Source: Myxococcota bacterium (GTDB taxonomy: Bacteria > Myxococcota > XYA12-FULL-58-9 > JALHOP01). From it: DNA of 64,000 bases. Numbering within the stretch: the first letter of the stretch is position 1; every line of letters starts with the position of its first letter. The position numbers and the translations under genes were made by a program. Where the stretch lies: NCBI GenBank assembly GCA_041288095.1, contig JBGGMJ010000211.1, positions 32,001-96,000 of the forward strand, written 5' to 3'. Under the pieces are notes generated by a model, which was not told where the DNA came from, ran no database searches, and was given only the letters and a program-made list of their open reading frames with translations. Shown piece after piece: positions 30,082 to 40,814 of this stretch.

Positions 30082-32550
30082 GTGAACGGTTTAGCCCCAA
30101 CCAAGTCCGCGAGCCCGCTCTGGCTGGAGGCTCTGACGCCCGCTGAGCCGGCCGCACGCCCGGTTGTGCACACGCCGCGCCGTGAGCCGGCGGTACGCCG
30201 CCTGCCCTTGGAGCCCGTGTCCTCGGGCGAGCGCGTTGCCTACCACACCGCGTGGATCCAGCATGCGCGTCACTCCATCAACAACCCCCGCTTGGCCGGC
30301 AAGATCGCGTTCGACGGCGCTTCGGACGGGCTCTACGCGAACGGGCGGTTCGCGACCGACGCAAGCGCCTGGGAGCACCTCGACCTCGCGACGTACCGGC
30401 CCGCCATCACGTCGTTGCCACGTCTCCTCATGATGTCGAAGGAAGAGCTCGTCGCTCGCGTGGCCGATGCTCTCTGTGACCTCGACGACGTGAAGGTCGA
30501 GACCGTGGTCAGCCACGTCGCCGAGAGGCTCTACAGAGCGCCGGTCGTCACCCAGCTGCGCGTCGGTGTCGACCTGGATATCTTGGCCGCCTTCTTGGAC
30601 AAGAACCAAGACGCCATCCGCGCGACGATGCGGACCAGGTTCGCCGCCGAGCGTCGCGAGGACGTCGCGCGCACCATCGCCGACCTCGCCGCCTATCCGC
30701 AGCTGTCGGCCCACGAAGTCTGGTTGCAGGGAGCGGGAGCCAAGCGCCACCGCGACGTGTCGTATTTCGCCGATCTGCGGGCCAACGAGCTCGCGCCTTA
30801 CCTTACCCGCCCCGTGGACCGGATGGGCAACGAGCCCAACTACCTGCTGGCGGCGCAGCTGGCGCGCTTTCTCCTCGGCGCCGAGCCAGGCACGTCGTTT
30901 TCATCCGCTGTCGCGGACTTCAAGGAGCTGGCGTGGGACGCGAGTCTCGCCCCCCAGGGCTGGACAGACTTCACGGTCGCCGACGCCGAACGCCTGTCGC
31001 GGGTCTACACGTTCATTCCGTGCTGGCACACCGGCGCCAAGGGGCCATACGACCTCGGCATCGACGACTTGCCGGAGGACATCCACTCGCGCTTCACCAA
31101 GCTGGCGCAGGTCCCCTTCTCCACGTCCATCATGCGAGACTACGCCGCCCTGCGCGGCGAGCGCGGAGGCCTCGCCGGGTCCTTGCTCGTCACCACCGAG
31201 CACGCTTTAGCGGACAAAATCGATCTCTTCCGACACCTCATCGTCGAGGACGGCATGGCCGGCAAGGACATCCGCGTGGTCTGGAAGCACCACTCGGCGG
31301 ATCCGCTGGTCATCGAGCTCTGCGAGCGACTGTTCGGGGTGACCGGAGAGAAGGCCTCGCCGAGGGGCGTGTGGACGGCGGACACGCGGCTCGAGTGGCT
31401 CGCGAGCGGCGCCCTCGAGCAAGCGGTGCGCGACGCCAGCGCCGACGGCCGCACCGTCAACGTGCACCTCCAGGGCGTGCGTTCGTGGGGCGTCGCCGGC
31501 GAGCTGAAGGCGCTCTATCCCAACGTACCGATCAACGCCTGCTCCCACACGACCAGCGAGGTGCCCGAGATCCTCACCCTGCCCGAGGGCCTCGAGGACG
31601 TGGCGCTCGCCATCATGGCCACGTGCGAAGCGAAGATCCGCTACGAGCGGCACGTGTTCACGCTGAGCTTCATGCGGCTCGTCCTCGATATCGAAAAAGC
31701 ACTCGAGAGCGAGATCGGCGTGGTGCGCGGCGGCCGCCGCTTCCTCGTCTACGGCGGCGCGGGTCGAATCATCGGCGGCGCGGTCGTCGACGCGCTCCGT
31801 AACATGAAGAAGCTCTCGGTAGCGGTCGTCGATCCGTGGCTCGCCACGCCCGAGGGTAAAGCCAAGCGCGAAGCCTTGATCGCTCAGGGAGTCGACATCA
31901 TCGACAGCGACGCGGAGCTCGAGCACGAGCTGCGCACCAAGAGCTTGTTCATCGTCAACGCCACCGCCGACGACGCGTTCTATCACCGCGACTACACGCG
32001 CATCGGCAAGAACAAGGCGGTCGTGCTCAACCTCGGCACCGGCCAGCGCGGCTTCTCCATGAAGCACCTCGAGGAGCTGGCGTTCGACCAACGCACCGGC
32101 GGGCTGCAACGGCGACGCCTCGTGGGCGAGATCGATCGGCATCAAGCGTCGTACGCCTACAAGATCTTGAACGACCAAGGGTTGCCGGTCGACGTCTTCG
32201 CCCTCGGTGACGGCGCCGTTTACAACCTCGGCGAGCGCAGCCCCAACCCACGCGAGCTGTCGGCCTTCAACAACCTTTTGATCCTCGAGTCACTTCATCA
32301 AGCCGCGCATGACCGTTCGAGCGGACTGCTAGGGCCGCGGGTCCTCGGCTCGGTTCGCGTGGCATTCACGGACGAGGCCGACCCGCGCCCGGTCATTGCT
32401 TTCCTGCCTCGCGACATGGAGCACACGCTCCCTTGGCCGAAGATCTGGCCGGACGCCATCGCCGCGGACCATGACGGGCCGGTGATTCGCGTCGACCTCA
32501 CGAAGTCACCCGACGAGGTTCGTCGCATCGCCGCCCACTGCGTCAGCTAG
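30082..32550 (+). CDS. Hypothetical protein with C-terminal adenosylhomocysteinase-like NAD-binding domain
   Basis: Ordered motifs FLVYGGAGRIIG, FIVNAT, VVLNLG and LGDGAVYNLG resemble SAHH; first ~350 aa unrecognised. Confidence 0.6.
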   Translation: MNGLAPTKSASPLWLEALTPAEPAARPVVHTPRREPAVRRLPLEPVSSGERVAYHTAWIQHARHSINNPRLAGKIAFDGASDGLYANGRFATDASAWEHLDLATYRPAITSLPRLLMMSKEELVARVADALCDLDDVKVETVVSHVAERLYRAPVVTQLRVGVDLDILAAFLDKNQDAIRATMRTRFAAERREDVARTIADLAAYPQLSAHEVWLQGAGAKRHRDVSYFADLRANELAPYLTRPVDRMGNEPNYLLAAQLARFLLGAEPGTSFSSAVADFKELAWDASLAPQGWTDFTVADAERLSRVYTFIPCWHTGAKGPYDLGIDDLPEDIHSRFTKLAQVPFSTSIMRDYAALRGERGGLAGSLLVTTEHALADKIDLFRHLIVEDGMAGKDIRVVWKHHSADPLVIELCERLFGVTGEKASPRGVWTADTRLEWLASGALEQAVRDASADGRTVNVHLQGVRSWGVAGELKALYPNVPINACSHTTSEVPEILTLPEGLEDVALAIMATCEAKIRYERHVFTLSFMRLVLDIEKALESEIGVVRGGRRFLVYGGAGRIIGGAVVDALRNMKKLSVAVVDPWLATPEGKAKREALIAQGVDIIDSDAELEHELRTKSLFIVNATADDAFYHRDYTRIGKNKAVVLNLGTGQRGFSMKHLEELAFDQRTGGLQRRRLVGEIDRHQASYAYKILNDQGLPVDVFALGDGAVYNLGERSPNPRELSAFNNLLILESLHQAAHDRSSGLLGPRVLGSVRVAFTDEADPRPVIAFLPRDMEHTLPWPKIWPDAIAADHDGPVIRVDLTKSPDEVRRIAAHCVS

Positions 32551-34158
32551 CTACTTGACCTCGGAGCTACCGCTCTCGCTGCGATTCTCGACCGGCTGGG
32601 CCTGGACGCCGTTGCGATCAATCTCCGCCAGACGCCGACTCATGCGGTCGTTGTCCACCCGCAAGAAGCGCTGCTCTTCGCGCAGGGCCATCAGCTCGCT
32701 CGCGAGATCGGCCGCCTTGGTCTCGGCTGTGCTGCTGCCCTCGCGCACCAGGCGCAGCTCTGCCTCGGAGGCGTCGAGCTGACGCTGGAGCGTCGCGACG
32801 TCGGTCTTCAAGCCTTCGATCTCGCGCTTCTGGTCGTCGAGCGACTTCTGCCGGTCGGTGATCTCGAGCTTCAGAGCCTCTTGCGCTCGGCCGGCGTCCT
32901 CGATGGCGAGCTCGCGCTCGCGGATGGTGCCTTGCAGCTCGGCGGCGCGAGTTTCTCGCTCGTTACGGGCCTCCGCGGCTTCGTCGCCCAGCTCTTGCAG
33001 GCGCTTGTCGCGTTCGCTGACCGTGGCGCGGAGCTCCTCGATACCGCGGTTGGCGTCGCTGAGCTGCGCCTCGAAGGTGGCGACCTTGTTCTCGAGCTCG
33101 CTGCGCACACGCGCAAGCTCGCTCTCCAGCTCACCTCGCACGCGGCCAAGCTCGTCGTTCGCGGCGGTCAGCTGGGTCTCGCGCTCGCTGAGCGCCGTGC
33201 GGGTGCTCTCGAGGTCACGCGTGGTGATGGCGTATTGATCGACCAGCTCGACTTGCCGCGAGTCGGCCGCCGCGAGTCCCGCGGTGAGCTCGTCGATTTG
33301 CTGGCGAGCACCCGTCAGGTCGTTCTGCGTCGTCGTCAGCTCGTTGGTGAGCGACGCGATGCGCGCCTCACCTTCGGCGATGGTGCGCGTCGAGGTTTCG
33401 CGCATCTCGTTGAAGACTTGCTGCGCCGTCTCGATCTTGCTGCGGAAGTCCGCGAGCAGCGCGTTCTTTTCGTCGCGCTCCTGCTCGAGCTTCATGTGCC
33501 AAGCTTCGTTGGCGGCGTCCATCTCCTGACGCAGGGCGGCGAGCTCGCCTTGGAGCTGAGAGTTGGCCGCGACACCTTCGTTGATCATGGCGTTCAGGCG
33601 CGCTTCCTCGGTGCGGAAGGCCTGGGCGCTACGGGTCGCCTGGTCGCGGACGGTGGCATACCGCTCGACAGCGGACGCGCGTTCGCTCTCTTTGGCGTCG
33701 ACGAGCTGATCGACGGCGTCGACCTGGCGCTGCTTGATGCTCCAGACCCAGCCGACCCGGGCCAAGTCGCGCTCGAGCTCTCGCACACGGTCCCGCAAGA
33801 ACTGCATTTTCTTGTCGAGCCCAGCGAGGTTTTTGCGAGGAGGAGGTGGCGGCGCCGAACGGAAGTCGACGTCTCTGACCTGATTGAAGACGCGGTGGAT
33901 GAAGGCGCGGTCTTCTTCGGTGATTTCGCCGATGTCCGGGAGATTGGCGCGGGCCCGCATGGCAGGCGGAGCGTTGGGGTCGGCTATCTCGACGATTTCC
34001 TGGGTGTCGTAGCTTTCGACCTCGTCGACGGCCTCGACTGAAACAGCTGAAACCTCATCGAGGGGCAGCTCTTCAGGTGCCTGCTCTTCAGTAGGTTCGG
34101 CTGCGGCGTCGGCAGAGTACTGCGCGGACGCGGCGTCGTCGGTTGGTTCCGTCGCCAT
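32551..34158 (-). CDS. Long coiled-coil protein with acidic N-terminus
   Basis: About 400 aa of heptad-like E/R/L/A-rich helix; no ATPase motifs. Confidence 0.8.
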   Translation of the reverse strand: MATEPTDDAASAQYSADAAAEPTEEQAPEELPLDEVSAVSVEAVDEVESYDTQEIVEIADPNAPPAMRARANLPDIGEITEEDRAFIHRVFNQVRDVDFRSAPPPPPRKNLAGLDKKMQFLRDRVRELERDLARVGWVWSIKQRQVDAVDQLVDAKESERASAVERYATVRDQATRSAQAFRTEEARLNAMINEGVAANSQLQGELAALRQEMDAANEAWHMKLEQERDEKNALLADFRSKIETAQQVFNEMRETSTRTIAEGEARIASLTNELTTTQNDLTGARQQIDELTAGLAAADSRQVELVDQYAITTRDLESTRTALSERETQLTAANDELGRVRGELESELARVRSELENKVATFEAQLSDANRGIEELRATVSERDKRLQELGDEAAEARNERETRAAELQGTIRERELAIEDAGRAQEALKLEITDRQKSLDDQKREIEGLKTDVATLQRQLDASEAELRLVREGSSTAETKAADLASELMALREEQRFLRVDNDRMSRRLAEIDRNGVQAQPVENRSESGSSEVK

Positions 34159-34235
34159 CGTTCCCCTAATCCCTTAACGTTCGAGTCTTTCGCCAGCGTA
34201 CCCGGTTCTGTCTTCTATGCAAGCGCCGACTGTAG

Positions 34236-36818
34236 GTGCGTGCTAACCTCGCGTCGGTGCTCGCGGTCGCCGTCGTTGCCTGGGTCACAGTCGCTTCGCC
34301 GCCGGCGGTGTCGCCGTGTGCGCGGGTCACCGTCACGGCCTCCCTCGACCCCAGATCCCATGACATCACCGGGACCGCCACATGCACCGTAGCCCGCGAT
34401 ACGCGCCTGCGCGCCGCGACCTACCCCCGTCTCCTGCGCACGCCTGCCGGGGTCAATGATGTGCGGCAGCCATGGTTCTATCCGCAAGGCTTCGACCCTG
34501 CCGACATGGCACTCAGCGACGAGGCAGGCGTGGCGCTGAACGGCGACGGCGCCTGGCAGGACCTGGGTGCCCGACGGGCCGGCGAGCTCGTCACGCTCCA
34601 CTTCGTGACCCGCGTGCCGCGGCGTAACGGCGTCCTGGGCGAGCGTGACGGCACCTTCTATATGCTCGGCGGCTGGCACCCGGCGTTCGCCGACGAAGGC
34701 ACCCCGGTCGCGGCGACGACCGTCGAGCTCCACCTGACGGCGCCGCGCCACACCGTCGGCTTCGCGGGCGAGACGCCATTTGGTGCGCACGCGCCCAGGC
34801 GGGTCGACGGCGTCATGGAAGCGCGGTTCGTGCCCTGGCTGGTCGCCGGCTCGGCCTCGGTGAAGCTGCGCGACGCGGCCGTGGTCATCACGCCGGCGGC
34901 CGCGCCGCGGGGCGAGACGCCTTATGACCTGCGCGAAATCACGGCTGGGCTCGATGGGCTCGCGTCCCGTGAGCTCTCCGAGACCCTCGAGGTCGGCGCC
35001 AACTGGGCCGATGCCCAAGTCCTGCCGCGCCGCCGGCTCATCGTCGTGCTGGCGCCGCTCCGAGAACGCCTGGTCGAGCGCTTCGACGGTGGCTTCGCGG
35101 TCTCGGATCGAGCTTTTCACGTCGCGTCGATCTTGCAGCGCCTGCATCGCCTGGCCATTTGGCGCGCCCAGCTCGCGAGCTATGCCCTGCCCAAGGCTCG
35201 GTCCGCTGAAGCGGGTCCTGACGCTCTACCCGCCGAGCTCGTCGCCGATACGCTCGGGGTCATCATGCGCGACGCCTTGGCGCGCAATCTCTACCGCAGC
35301 AACGAGCACGCGGCACAGATGCTCGAGCACATCGCCATCATCCCGGAGATCGACTCTCTCATCTTCGCTCCGCAAGTGGCCTTCGCCGACGCTTACTACG
35401 AAGCCATCGACGAGACGCCGGTCGTCGCCAATCACCTCGACGACTTCGACACGACGCTCCCGCGCGGCAAGATGGTCGCCGTAAAGCTCGTCGACCGCGT
35501 CGGTGACGCCGGCGCGCTCGCCATCGCCCAGGCGTATCTGCCGAGCACCTCGAACTGGCTCTCGCTGGTGCGGGCCGGTGCCGGCGACGAGGTGGTGACC
35601 GCCCTGCGCGAGTGGCTGGGGCCGGCGCCGAAGGTCGACTATGTCCTCGCGGATATCGAGACCCTGCCGGAGGGCACGCGCGTCCGCATAGATGCCGTCG
35701 GGCCCGACGCCGACAAGGTGCACGAGCCGATCATGGTGCGCCTGCGCCTCCCCGGCAAACATCGGCTCGAGGCGACGCGTATCGGCCCCGGTGAGCTGTT
35801 TTTTCCGGGCAAGGAGAAGCCGAAGCTCGTCGAGCTCGATCCGTTCGAGCGGACGGTCCAGCTCGCGACCCAGCCCGGAGAGACCACGCGCTACAACGAC
35901 CGCAGCACGCCGCGCTGGCGCTTTCTCTTGAACGACATCACCGGCCTCTTCCAGATCACCAATCAGCAAGTGAGCGCCAGCGCCGACTTCGCGCTGCGGC
36001 GCATTCACGACCTTCGCTACGCCTTCGGCTTCAGCGCCTCTTACGCGCCGGAGTCGGTGGGCGTATCGGCGAGCGCGGCCTACAAGTTCGGAAAGGCCGT
36101 GACACCCTTGCAGCTCGCCGACCGCATCGGTGTCGGCATCGGCTACAATCGCCTGCGCGGCGAGTTCGACGACGCGACTCCAGGCGATCTCTTGTCGCTG
36201 TCTATCGGCTACGGCCACGACGACCGCCTGAATCCGTACTTCAGCTTCGAAGGCTCGGGCTGGTCTCTGTCGAGCGGCGTCGCTTATGGCCGCGATGACC
36301 GCGGCGTCGACTACGTCTTCGGGCAGGTCGGCGCCGGCGTGCTCCACATCTGGCAGCTCGCGTTGGGCCACGCCCTGGTCGGCCGACTACGAGGCGACGT
36401 GTTGATCGGCCAGGCTCCCAAGCAGAGCGAGCTGCGCCTCGGCGGCCGCTATCGCGGCGGGCGCGGTTACGAGGTCAACGAGGCGCGCGGCACGGAGCGC
36501 ATCACCGCCAGCGCCGAGTATCGCCACATCCTCGAGAACGACATGCGCTCGGACTGGCTGCGCCTCTTCACGTTCACGCGTGTCGAAGGCGCCTTCTTCT
36601 CCGACGTCATCGTGCTACCGGTTGACCGCGCCGGCTGCCAGCGCTCGGTGTTCACCGATGTCGGCTACAGCGTTCGCTTCATCGGCGACGTGTTCAACCT
36701 CTACACCAGCTCCCTGGGCTTCGACTTCGGCTTCCCGCTCAACCGCTGTCCCGACGAGAGCGACCGCTTCCCGGTCACCATCTACGCGTCGTTCTTACAG
36801 TCGTTCGCGTCGTTCTAA
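34236..36818 (+). CDS. Exported protein: aminopeptidase-like N-terminal region plus Omp85-like C-terminal barrel
   Basis: Signal peptide, GWHP-containing beta region, alternating beta strands, LGGRYRGGRGY loop motif, terminal Phe. Confidence 0.6.
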   Translation: MRANLASVLAVAVVAWVTVASPPAVSPCARVTVTASLDPRSHDITGTATCTVARDTRLRAATYPRLLRTPAGVNDVRQPWFYPQGFDPADMALSDEAGVALNGDGAWQDLGARRAGELVTLHFVTRVPRRNGVLGERDGTFYMLGGWHPAFADEGTPVAATTVELHLTAPRHTVGFAGETPFGAHAPRRVDGVMEARFVPWLVAGSASVKLRDAAVVITPAAAPRGETPYDLREITAGLDGLASRELSETLEVGANWADAQVLPRRRLIVVLAPLRERLVERFDGGFAVSDRAFHVASILQRLHRLAIWRAQLASYALPKARSAEAGPDALPAELVADTLGVIMRDALARNLYRSNEHAAQMLEHIAIIPEIDSLIFAPQVAFADAYYEAIDETPVVANHLDDFDTTLPRGKMVAVKLVDRVGDAGALAIAQAYLPSTSNWLSLVRAGAGDEVVTALREWLGPAPKVDYVLADIETLPEGTRVRIDAVGPDADKVHEPIMVRLRLPGKHRLEATRIGPGELFFPGKEKPKLVELDPFERTVQLATQPGETTRYNDRSTPRWRFLLNDITGLFQITNQQVSASADFALRRIHDLRYAFGFSASYAPESVGVSASAAYKFGKAVTPLQLADRIGVGIGYNRLRGEFDDATPGDLLSLSIGYGHDDRLNPYFSFEGSGWSLSSGVAYGRDDRGVDYVFGQVGAGVLHIWQLALGHALVGRLRGDVLIGQAPKQSELRLGGRYRGGRGYEVNEARGTERITASAEYRHILENDMRSDWLRLFTFTRVEGAFFSDVIVLPVDRAGCQRSVFTDVGYSVRFIGDVFNLYTSSLGFDFGFPLNRCPDESDRFPVTIYASFLQSFASF

Positions 36819-37096
36819 CGGCGTTCGGCACGCATCGCCGCTTGGGCGCCCAGCAAGAACGCCGGCACCAGGTCGCTATTGAGCTTCGTGAAATCACCGA
36901 TGGTGTAAACGCCGAGGCGCGACAACTTCGCGGCGCGCTCGGGGCCGACCTGCAGCAGCGACTGGACGCTCTCGCGCGAGAGGTTGACCAGAGGCGTGAG
37001 GCCGTTGCGGCGGCGATAGGCGTTCTCGTCGACCAAGGCGCGGCGAACAGGCGCGTCGAGGTAGGCCGCGGTGCGTTGGGTAAGACCGATTCTCAT
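36815..37096 (-). CDS. Small protein with helix-hairpin-helix-like motif
   Basis: SLLQVGPERAAKLSRLGVYTIGDF resembles HhH motifs; GGAGG RBS before ATG 37096. Confidence 0.6.
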   Translation of the reverse strand: MRIGLTQRTAAYLDAPVRRALVDENAYRRRNGLTPLVNLSRESVQSLLQVGPERAAKLSRLGVYTIGDFTKLNSDLVPAFLLGAQAAMRAERR

Positions 37097-37121
37097 GGGG
37101 AAGCCTCCGAGGGGAGCCCTG

Positions 37122-37149
37122 TTATCGTGCGCGAGGCGGTCGGTGTTTC
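37122..37149 (-). promoter_or_regulatory. Putative sigma-28-like promoter (GAAAC-N15-CACGATAA)
   Basis: Shared motif with one mismatch per box, upstream of ORF starting at 37096. Confidence 0.45.
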
Positions 37150-37166
37150 GCCCGAGCGCGCGGCTG

Positions 37167-37436
37167 TCAGGTGGAACGTTGGTCATCCCGGAGGGCGGCT
37201 TCGGCCAAGGCGCGGACGTCCTCCGTCAATCCGAGGTGGCGCGCGCCTCCCGAAAACGGGCACTTGCCGGACTTTCCGGTCGCCCCGCTGCCGCCGCTCT
37301 TGGCCGCCTCGGTGTGCGCCGCGAGGAAGGCCTCGAGGGTGATGCCGTCTGACAAAGTGGCAGCAACGGCCGCCGGTTGCGCGGGGGCCGGGCTGAGAAC
37401 CGCTGCGTCACGAAGGGCTTCGAGCTTCACGTCCAT
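37167..37436 (-). CDS. Small hypothetical protein (89 aa) with GKCPF motif
   Basis: GGAGG RBS; low-complexity Ala/Pro/Gly sequence; preceded by the shared promoter motif. Confidence 0.6.
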   Translation of the reverse strand: MDVKLEALRDAAVLSPAPAQPAAVAATLSDGITLEAFLAAHTEAAKSGGSGATGKSGKCPFSGGARHLGLTEDVRALAEAALRDDQRST

Positions 37437-37459
37437 GCTACCTCCGGGGGAGGTAGACG

Positions 37460-37486
37460 TTATCGGGACGTGGGTGGCGGCGTTGC
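37460..37486 (-). promoter_or_regulatory. Putative sigma-28-like promoter (GCAAC-N14-CCCGATAA)
   Basis: Strong match to shared motif in the bamA-orphan intergenic region. Confidence 0.65.
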
Positions 37487-37512
37487 GCGGGCCGCGCCGC
37501 GAAGGCGCAGAC

Positions 37513-40125
37513 CTAGAAGAAGTTGCCGATGGTGAACTCGAAGATGAGGCTCCGGTCGGTGGGCCGCACCTTGGTGATCGGGATACCCCACTCGAAGCGC
37601 AGCGGACCGATCGGCGAGAGCCAGCGCAAGCCGAAGCCGAACGAGTAGTAGAGGCCGAGTGGCGGCTTGATCGGATCGGTGCTGTTGAAGAGGTACGCGT
37701 TCGGACGCAGGTCCTTCGGCGTGTCGAGATAGAAGAAGCCTTCGTTGTCGTCGTAAGCGTTGCCGGCGTCTGTGAAAAGGACGCCCTTGATGCCGGCGGC
37801 GGTGAGGATGGGGAACTCGAGCTCGAGATTGAACACGACCTCTTTGTTACCGCCGCGCACGAACTCGGTGGTCTCGCCGAGTGGCTCGCCCTTGTAGCCG
37901 ACGTTGACGCGGGGCCCGAGCGAGCGTGGATTGAAGCCGCGGACCGAGTAGATGCCGCCCGGGAAGAAGCGCTCGGAGATCTGCACGCCCTGCTCGCCGT
38001 TCCCGGTGATGTAGCCGAACTGCCCGCGGAACTTGAGCGTGAAGTTCAACGGCAGCGGCACGTAGCGTTGGATGTTCAAGGTGTAGCGCTGGTACTCGAG
38101 GCCGGTGTCCGAGCCCCACGCCTTGTTCGAAACCTCGGTCGCGAGGATGTGGTAGTGGCCTGACCGCGGAAACAGACGGTTGTCGCGCGTGTCGTAGGCG
38201 ATACTCGCGTTGAACGCCGAGTTCATGCCGTTGTTGTTGAGGTTCTCGTAGTCAATCTGGCGGCCGCCGCCGACCTCGTCGATGTTGATCTGCTCGAGCG
38301 TATAACCGACGTTGACGCGCCAGTCGGGCGTGATCGGATAGCCGAGCGTCGGCGAGAAGCCGGTCGCCGAGCGCGCGAAGTCTTGGTAGAAGCGCTTGGT
38401 GATGTAGGCCTTGAAGCCGAGCTGCCAGCGCGTATCGAGGAAATACGGCTCGATGAAGTCGAAGGTCGCGAGCTGGCGCGCGAACGTACCGAACGAGAGC
38501 TGCGCCGACAGCGACAGAAGGTTGCCGTTCCCCAGGAAGTTGTTCTGGGAGATCTGCATCGTCGCGATGAACGATTCGACGCTCGAGAAGCCGGCGCCAA
38601 TCTGGAACGTGCCGGTCGACTTCTCCTTGATCTCGACCTGGACGTTCATGGTGTCCGGGCGCGAGCCGCGATTGGTCGTGATCTCGACGGTCTCGAAGTA
38701 ACCGAGCTGGTAGATGCGCGCCTTCGAGCGCGCGATGCCGGTGGCGCTGTACTTGTCGCCCTCGAAGATACGCATCTCGCGGCGCACGACCTTGTCGCGG
38801 GTCTTGGTGTTGCCGACGATGTCGATGCGGTCGAAGTAGACGAGGTCGCCGCGCTGGACCTGCAGCTCGAGGTCGACCGTCCTGGTCTTGGGGTCCGTCC
38901 GCGTCAGCGGATTGACGTTGGTGTAAGCGTAGCCCTGGTCGCGATAGGCGTCGGTGACGGCTTGCAGGTCGGCGAAGAGCTTGGTGCGATTGAAGAGCTC
39001 GCCGCGCGCGATGGTGAGACGCTGGCGCAGCGAGCTCTCGCTGACCACGACCTTGCCGGCCTCGTCGGCGAGCTCGACGTCACCACTGAAGCTGATCTTG
39101 CCGATGTCGTATTGCTCGCCTTCGTCGATCGGCACCGACAAGTAGATGTAACGGCGGTCGGGCGAGATGGTCGCCGAGGGCTCGCCGACTTTCACCGACA
39201 CGAAACCGTTGTCGTAATAGAGCGCCTGGATGCGGAACATGTCGGTCTCGAAGAACTCGCGCTTGTAAGTTCCCGCTTGCGACAAGAACGAGAGCTCGTT
39301 GCCCTCGCGCGTTTGCAGCACGGCCTTGATCTGGTCGTCGGGGATCTTCTTGTTGCCGACGAAGGCGATGTGCTTGACGATGACCTTGGCGTTCTCCTGG
39401 ATCTCGAAGACGACGTTCACTTCGGCGTCGTCGCCGTCGATGGGCTCGATGCGATAGCGGACTTGCGCGAGGAAGTAGCCCTTCTCGACGTAGAGGTCCT
39501 TGATCTTCTCGACGTTGCGCTTGAGCTGGTCGGTGTTGAGGATGCTGTACGGTTTGACGTCGACGACCGGTTTCATGTCGTCTTCGCCCAGGTCATCGAG
39601 GCCGACGAACTTGACCTCTTGAACGGCCGGCCGCTCCACGACCACGAACACCAGGCGCACGCCTCCGGTCGCCGGCTCGGTCTCGGCGCGCACGTCGCGG
39701 AAGAACGTCGTCCCCCAGATGGCACGCAAGTCGGTGGTGACGACCGTCGGGTCGAGAGCGCTACCGGCGCGTGACTTCACGACCGCGAGCACCGCCTCGG
39801 GATCGACGCGGCGCACACCTTCGACGCTCACATCGACGATACGGAGCTCGTCGGCATCGCCCTTCGGCGCCGGTGGGCGCTTGCCGCGCGTCGGAGTCGG
39901 CGCTGGTTGCGGCTGCGGTTGCGCTGGCGGGTTGACCTCGGTGGCCTCCCCTGGTCGCGGCGGGTAGTTCTTGATCGTCGAATCGGGGTCGGTCGTCGAA
40001 GGCGCGGGCTGCGTCGGCGACGCGGGCGCCCGTGAGGTCGACGGATCGCGGGCCGGCGGCGTCGCCTCCTGAGCGGCCACCGTCGCGGACCACGCGACGA
40101 TGCATGCTACCGCAAGGAGTCTCAC
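37513..40125 (-). CDS. bamA: Outer membrane protein assembly factor BamA
   Basis: POTRA repeats, [31 protein letters not shown] and terminal FEFTIGNFF. Confidence 0.97.
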   Translation of the reverse strand: MRLLAVACIVAWSATVAAQEATPPARDPSTSRAPASPTQPAPSTTDPDSTIKNYPPRPGEATEVNPPAQPQPQPAPTPTRGKRPPAPKGDADELRIVDVSVEGVRRVDPEAVLAVVKSRAGSALDPTVVTTDLRAIWGTTFFRDVRAETEPATGGVRLVFVVVERPAVQEVKFVGLDDLGEDDMKPVVDVKPYSILNTDQLKRNVEKIKDLYVEKGYFLAQVRYRIEPIDGDDAEVNVVFEIQENAKVIVKHIAFVGNKKIPDDQIKAVLQTREGNELSFLSQAGTYKREFFETDMFRIQALYYDNGFVSVKVGEPSATISPDRRYIYLSVPIDEGEQYDIGKISFSGDVELADEAGKVVVSESSLRQRLTIARGELFNRTKLFADLQAVTDAYRDQGYAYTNVNPLTRTDPKTRTVDLELQVQRGDLVYFDRIDIVGNTKTRDKVVRREMRIFEGDKYSATGIARSKARIYQLGYFETVEITTNRGSRPDTMNVQVEIKEKSTGTFQIGAGFSSVESFIATMQISQNNFLGNGNLLSLSAQLSFGTFARQLATFDFIEPYFLDTRWQLGFKAYITKRFYQDFARSATGFSPTLGYPITPDWRVNVGYTLEQINIDEVGGGRQIDYENLNNNGMNSAFNASIAYDTRDNRLFPRSGHYHILATEVSNKAWGSDTGLEYQRYTLNIQRYVPLPLNFTLKFRGQFGYITGNGEQGVQISERFFPGGIYSVRGFNPRSLGPRVNVGYKGEPLGETTEFVRGGNKEVVFNLELEFPILTAAGIKGVLFTDAGNAYDDNEGFFYLDTPKDLRPNAYLFNSTDPIKPPLGLYYSFGFGLRWLSPIGPLRFEWGIPITKVRPTDRSLIFEFTIGNFF

Positions 40126-40814
40126 GCCCGCTCCTCGACCAGTCCGTCGTGCAACACCAGGCGGCGCGACATACGGTCCGCGAGACCACGGTTGTGCGTG
40201 ACGACGATGAGCGTGATGCCGCGGGTCGCGTTCAGGCGGAAGAGCAGCTCGTGGATCTCTTCGCCGGTCTTCTCGTCGAGGTTGCCGGTCACCTCGTCCG
40301 CCAAGAGCAGCGGCGGGTCGAGCACCAAAGCGCGCGCCAGAGCGACGCGTTGCTGCTCGCCACCCGACAGCTCGCCAGGGCGATGCTCGACGCGGGCAGC
40401 GAGCCCAACGTCGGTCAAGGCGCGCATGGCTCGCTCGCGGGCCTCGTCGCGCGACTGACGGCGGATGAGCGCCGGCATCATGACGTTTTCGAGGGCGCTG
40501 AACTCGGGCAACAGGTGGTGGAACTGGAAGACGAAGCCGAGCTCGCGGTTGCGGAAGTCGGCGAGCTCCGACGGCGACAAAGCGGTGAGATCCCGTCCGT
40601 CATAGTGGATGGTGCCGCTGTCCGGGAGGTCGAGGGTGCCGAGGGTGTGCAGGAGCGTGCTCTTCCCCGCCCCCGACGCGCCGATGATCGAGACGACTTC
40701 GCCCTTCCTGATGACGAGCGACGCGCCACGCAGCACGTCGATGACGGCGCCGCCCTTGCGATAGCGTTTGTTCAAGGCCCGCGCTTCCAAAAGCACGGAG
40801 GAGCTATCCGTCAC
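40122..40814 (-). CDS. lolD: Lipoprotein-releasing ABC transporter ATPase
   Basis: [18 protein letters not shown] (LolD motif) and LSGGEQQRV. Confidence 0.95.
   Translation of the reverse strand: MTDSSSVLLEARALNKRYRKGGAVIDVLRGASLVIRKGEVVSIIGASGAGKSTLLHTLGTLDLPDSGTIHYDGRDLTALSPSELADFRNRELGFVFQFHHLLPEFSALENVMMPALIRRQSRDEARERAMRALTDVGLAARVEHRPGELSGGEQQRVALARALVLDPPLLLADEVTGNLDEKTGEEIHELLFRLNATRGITLIVVTHNRGLADRMSRRLVLHDGLVEERA

Noticed and set aside
32551..34158. SMC / Wadjet-like defence protein
   Set aside because: No Walker A/B or signature motifs and no partner genes; only a generic coiled coil.
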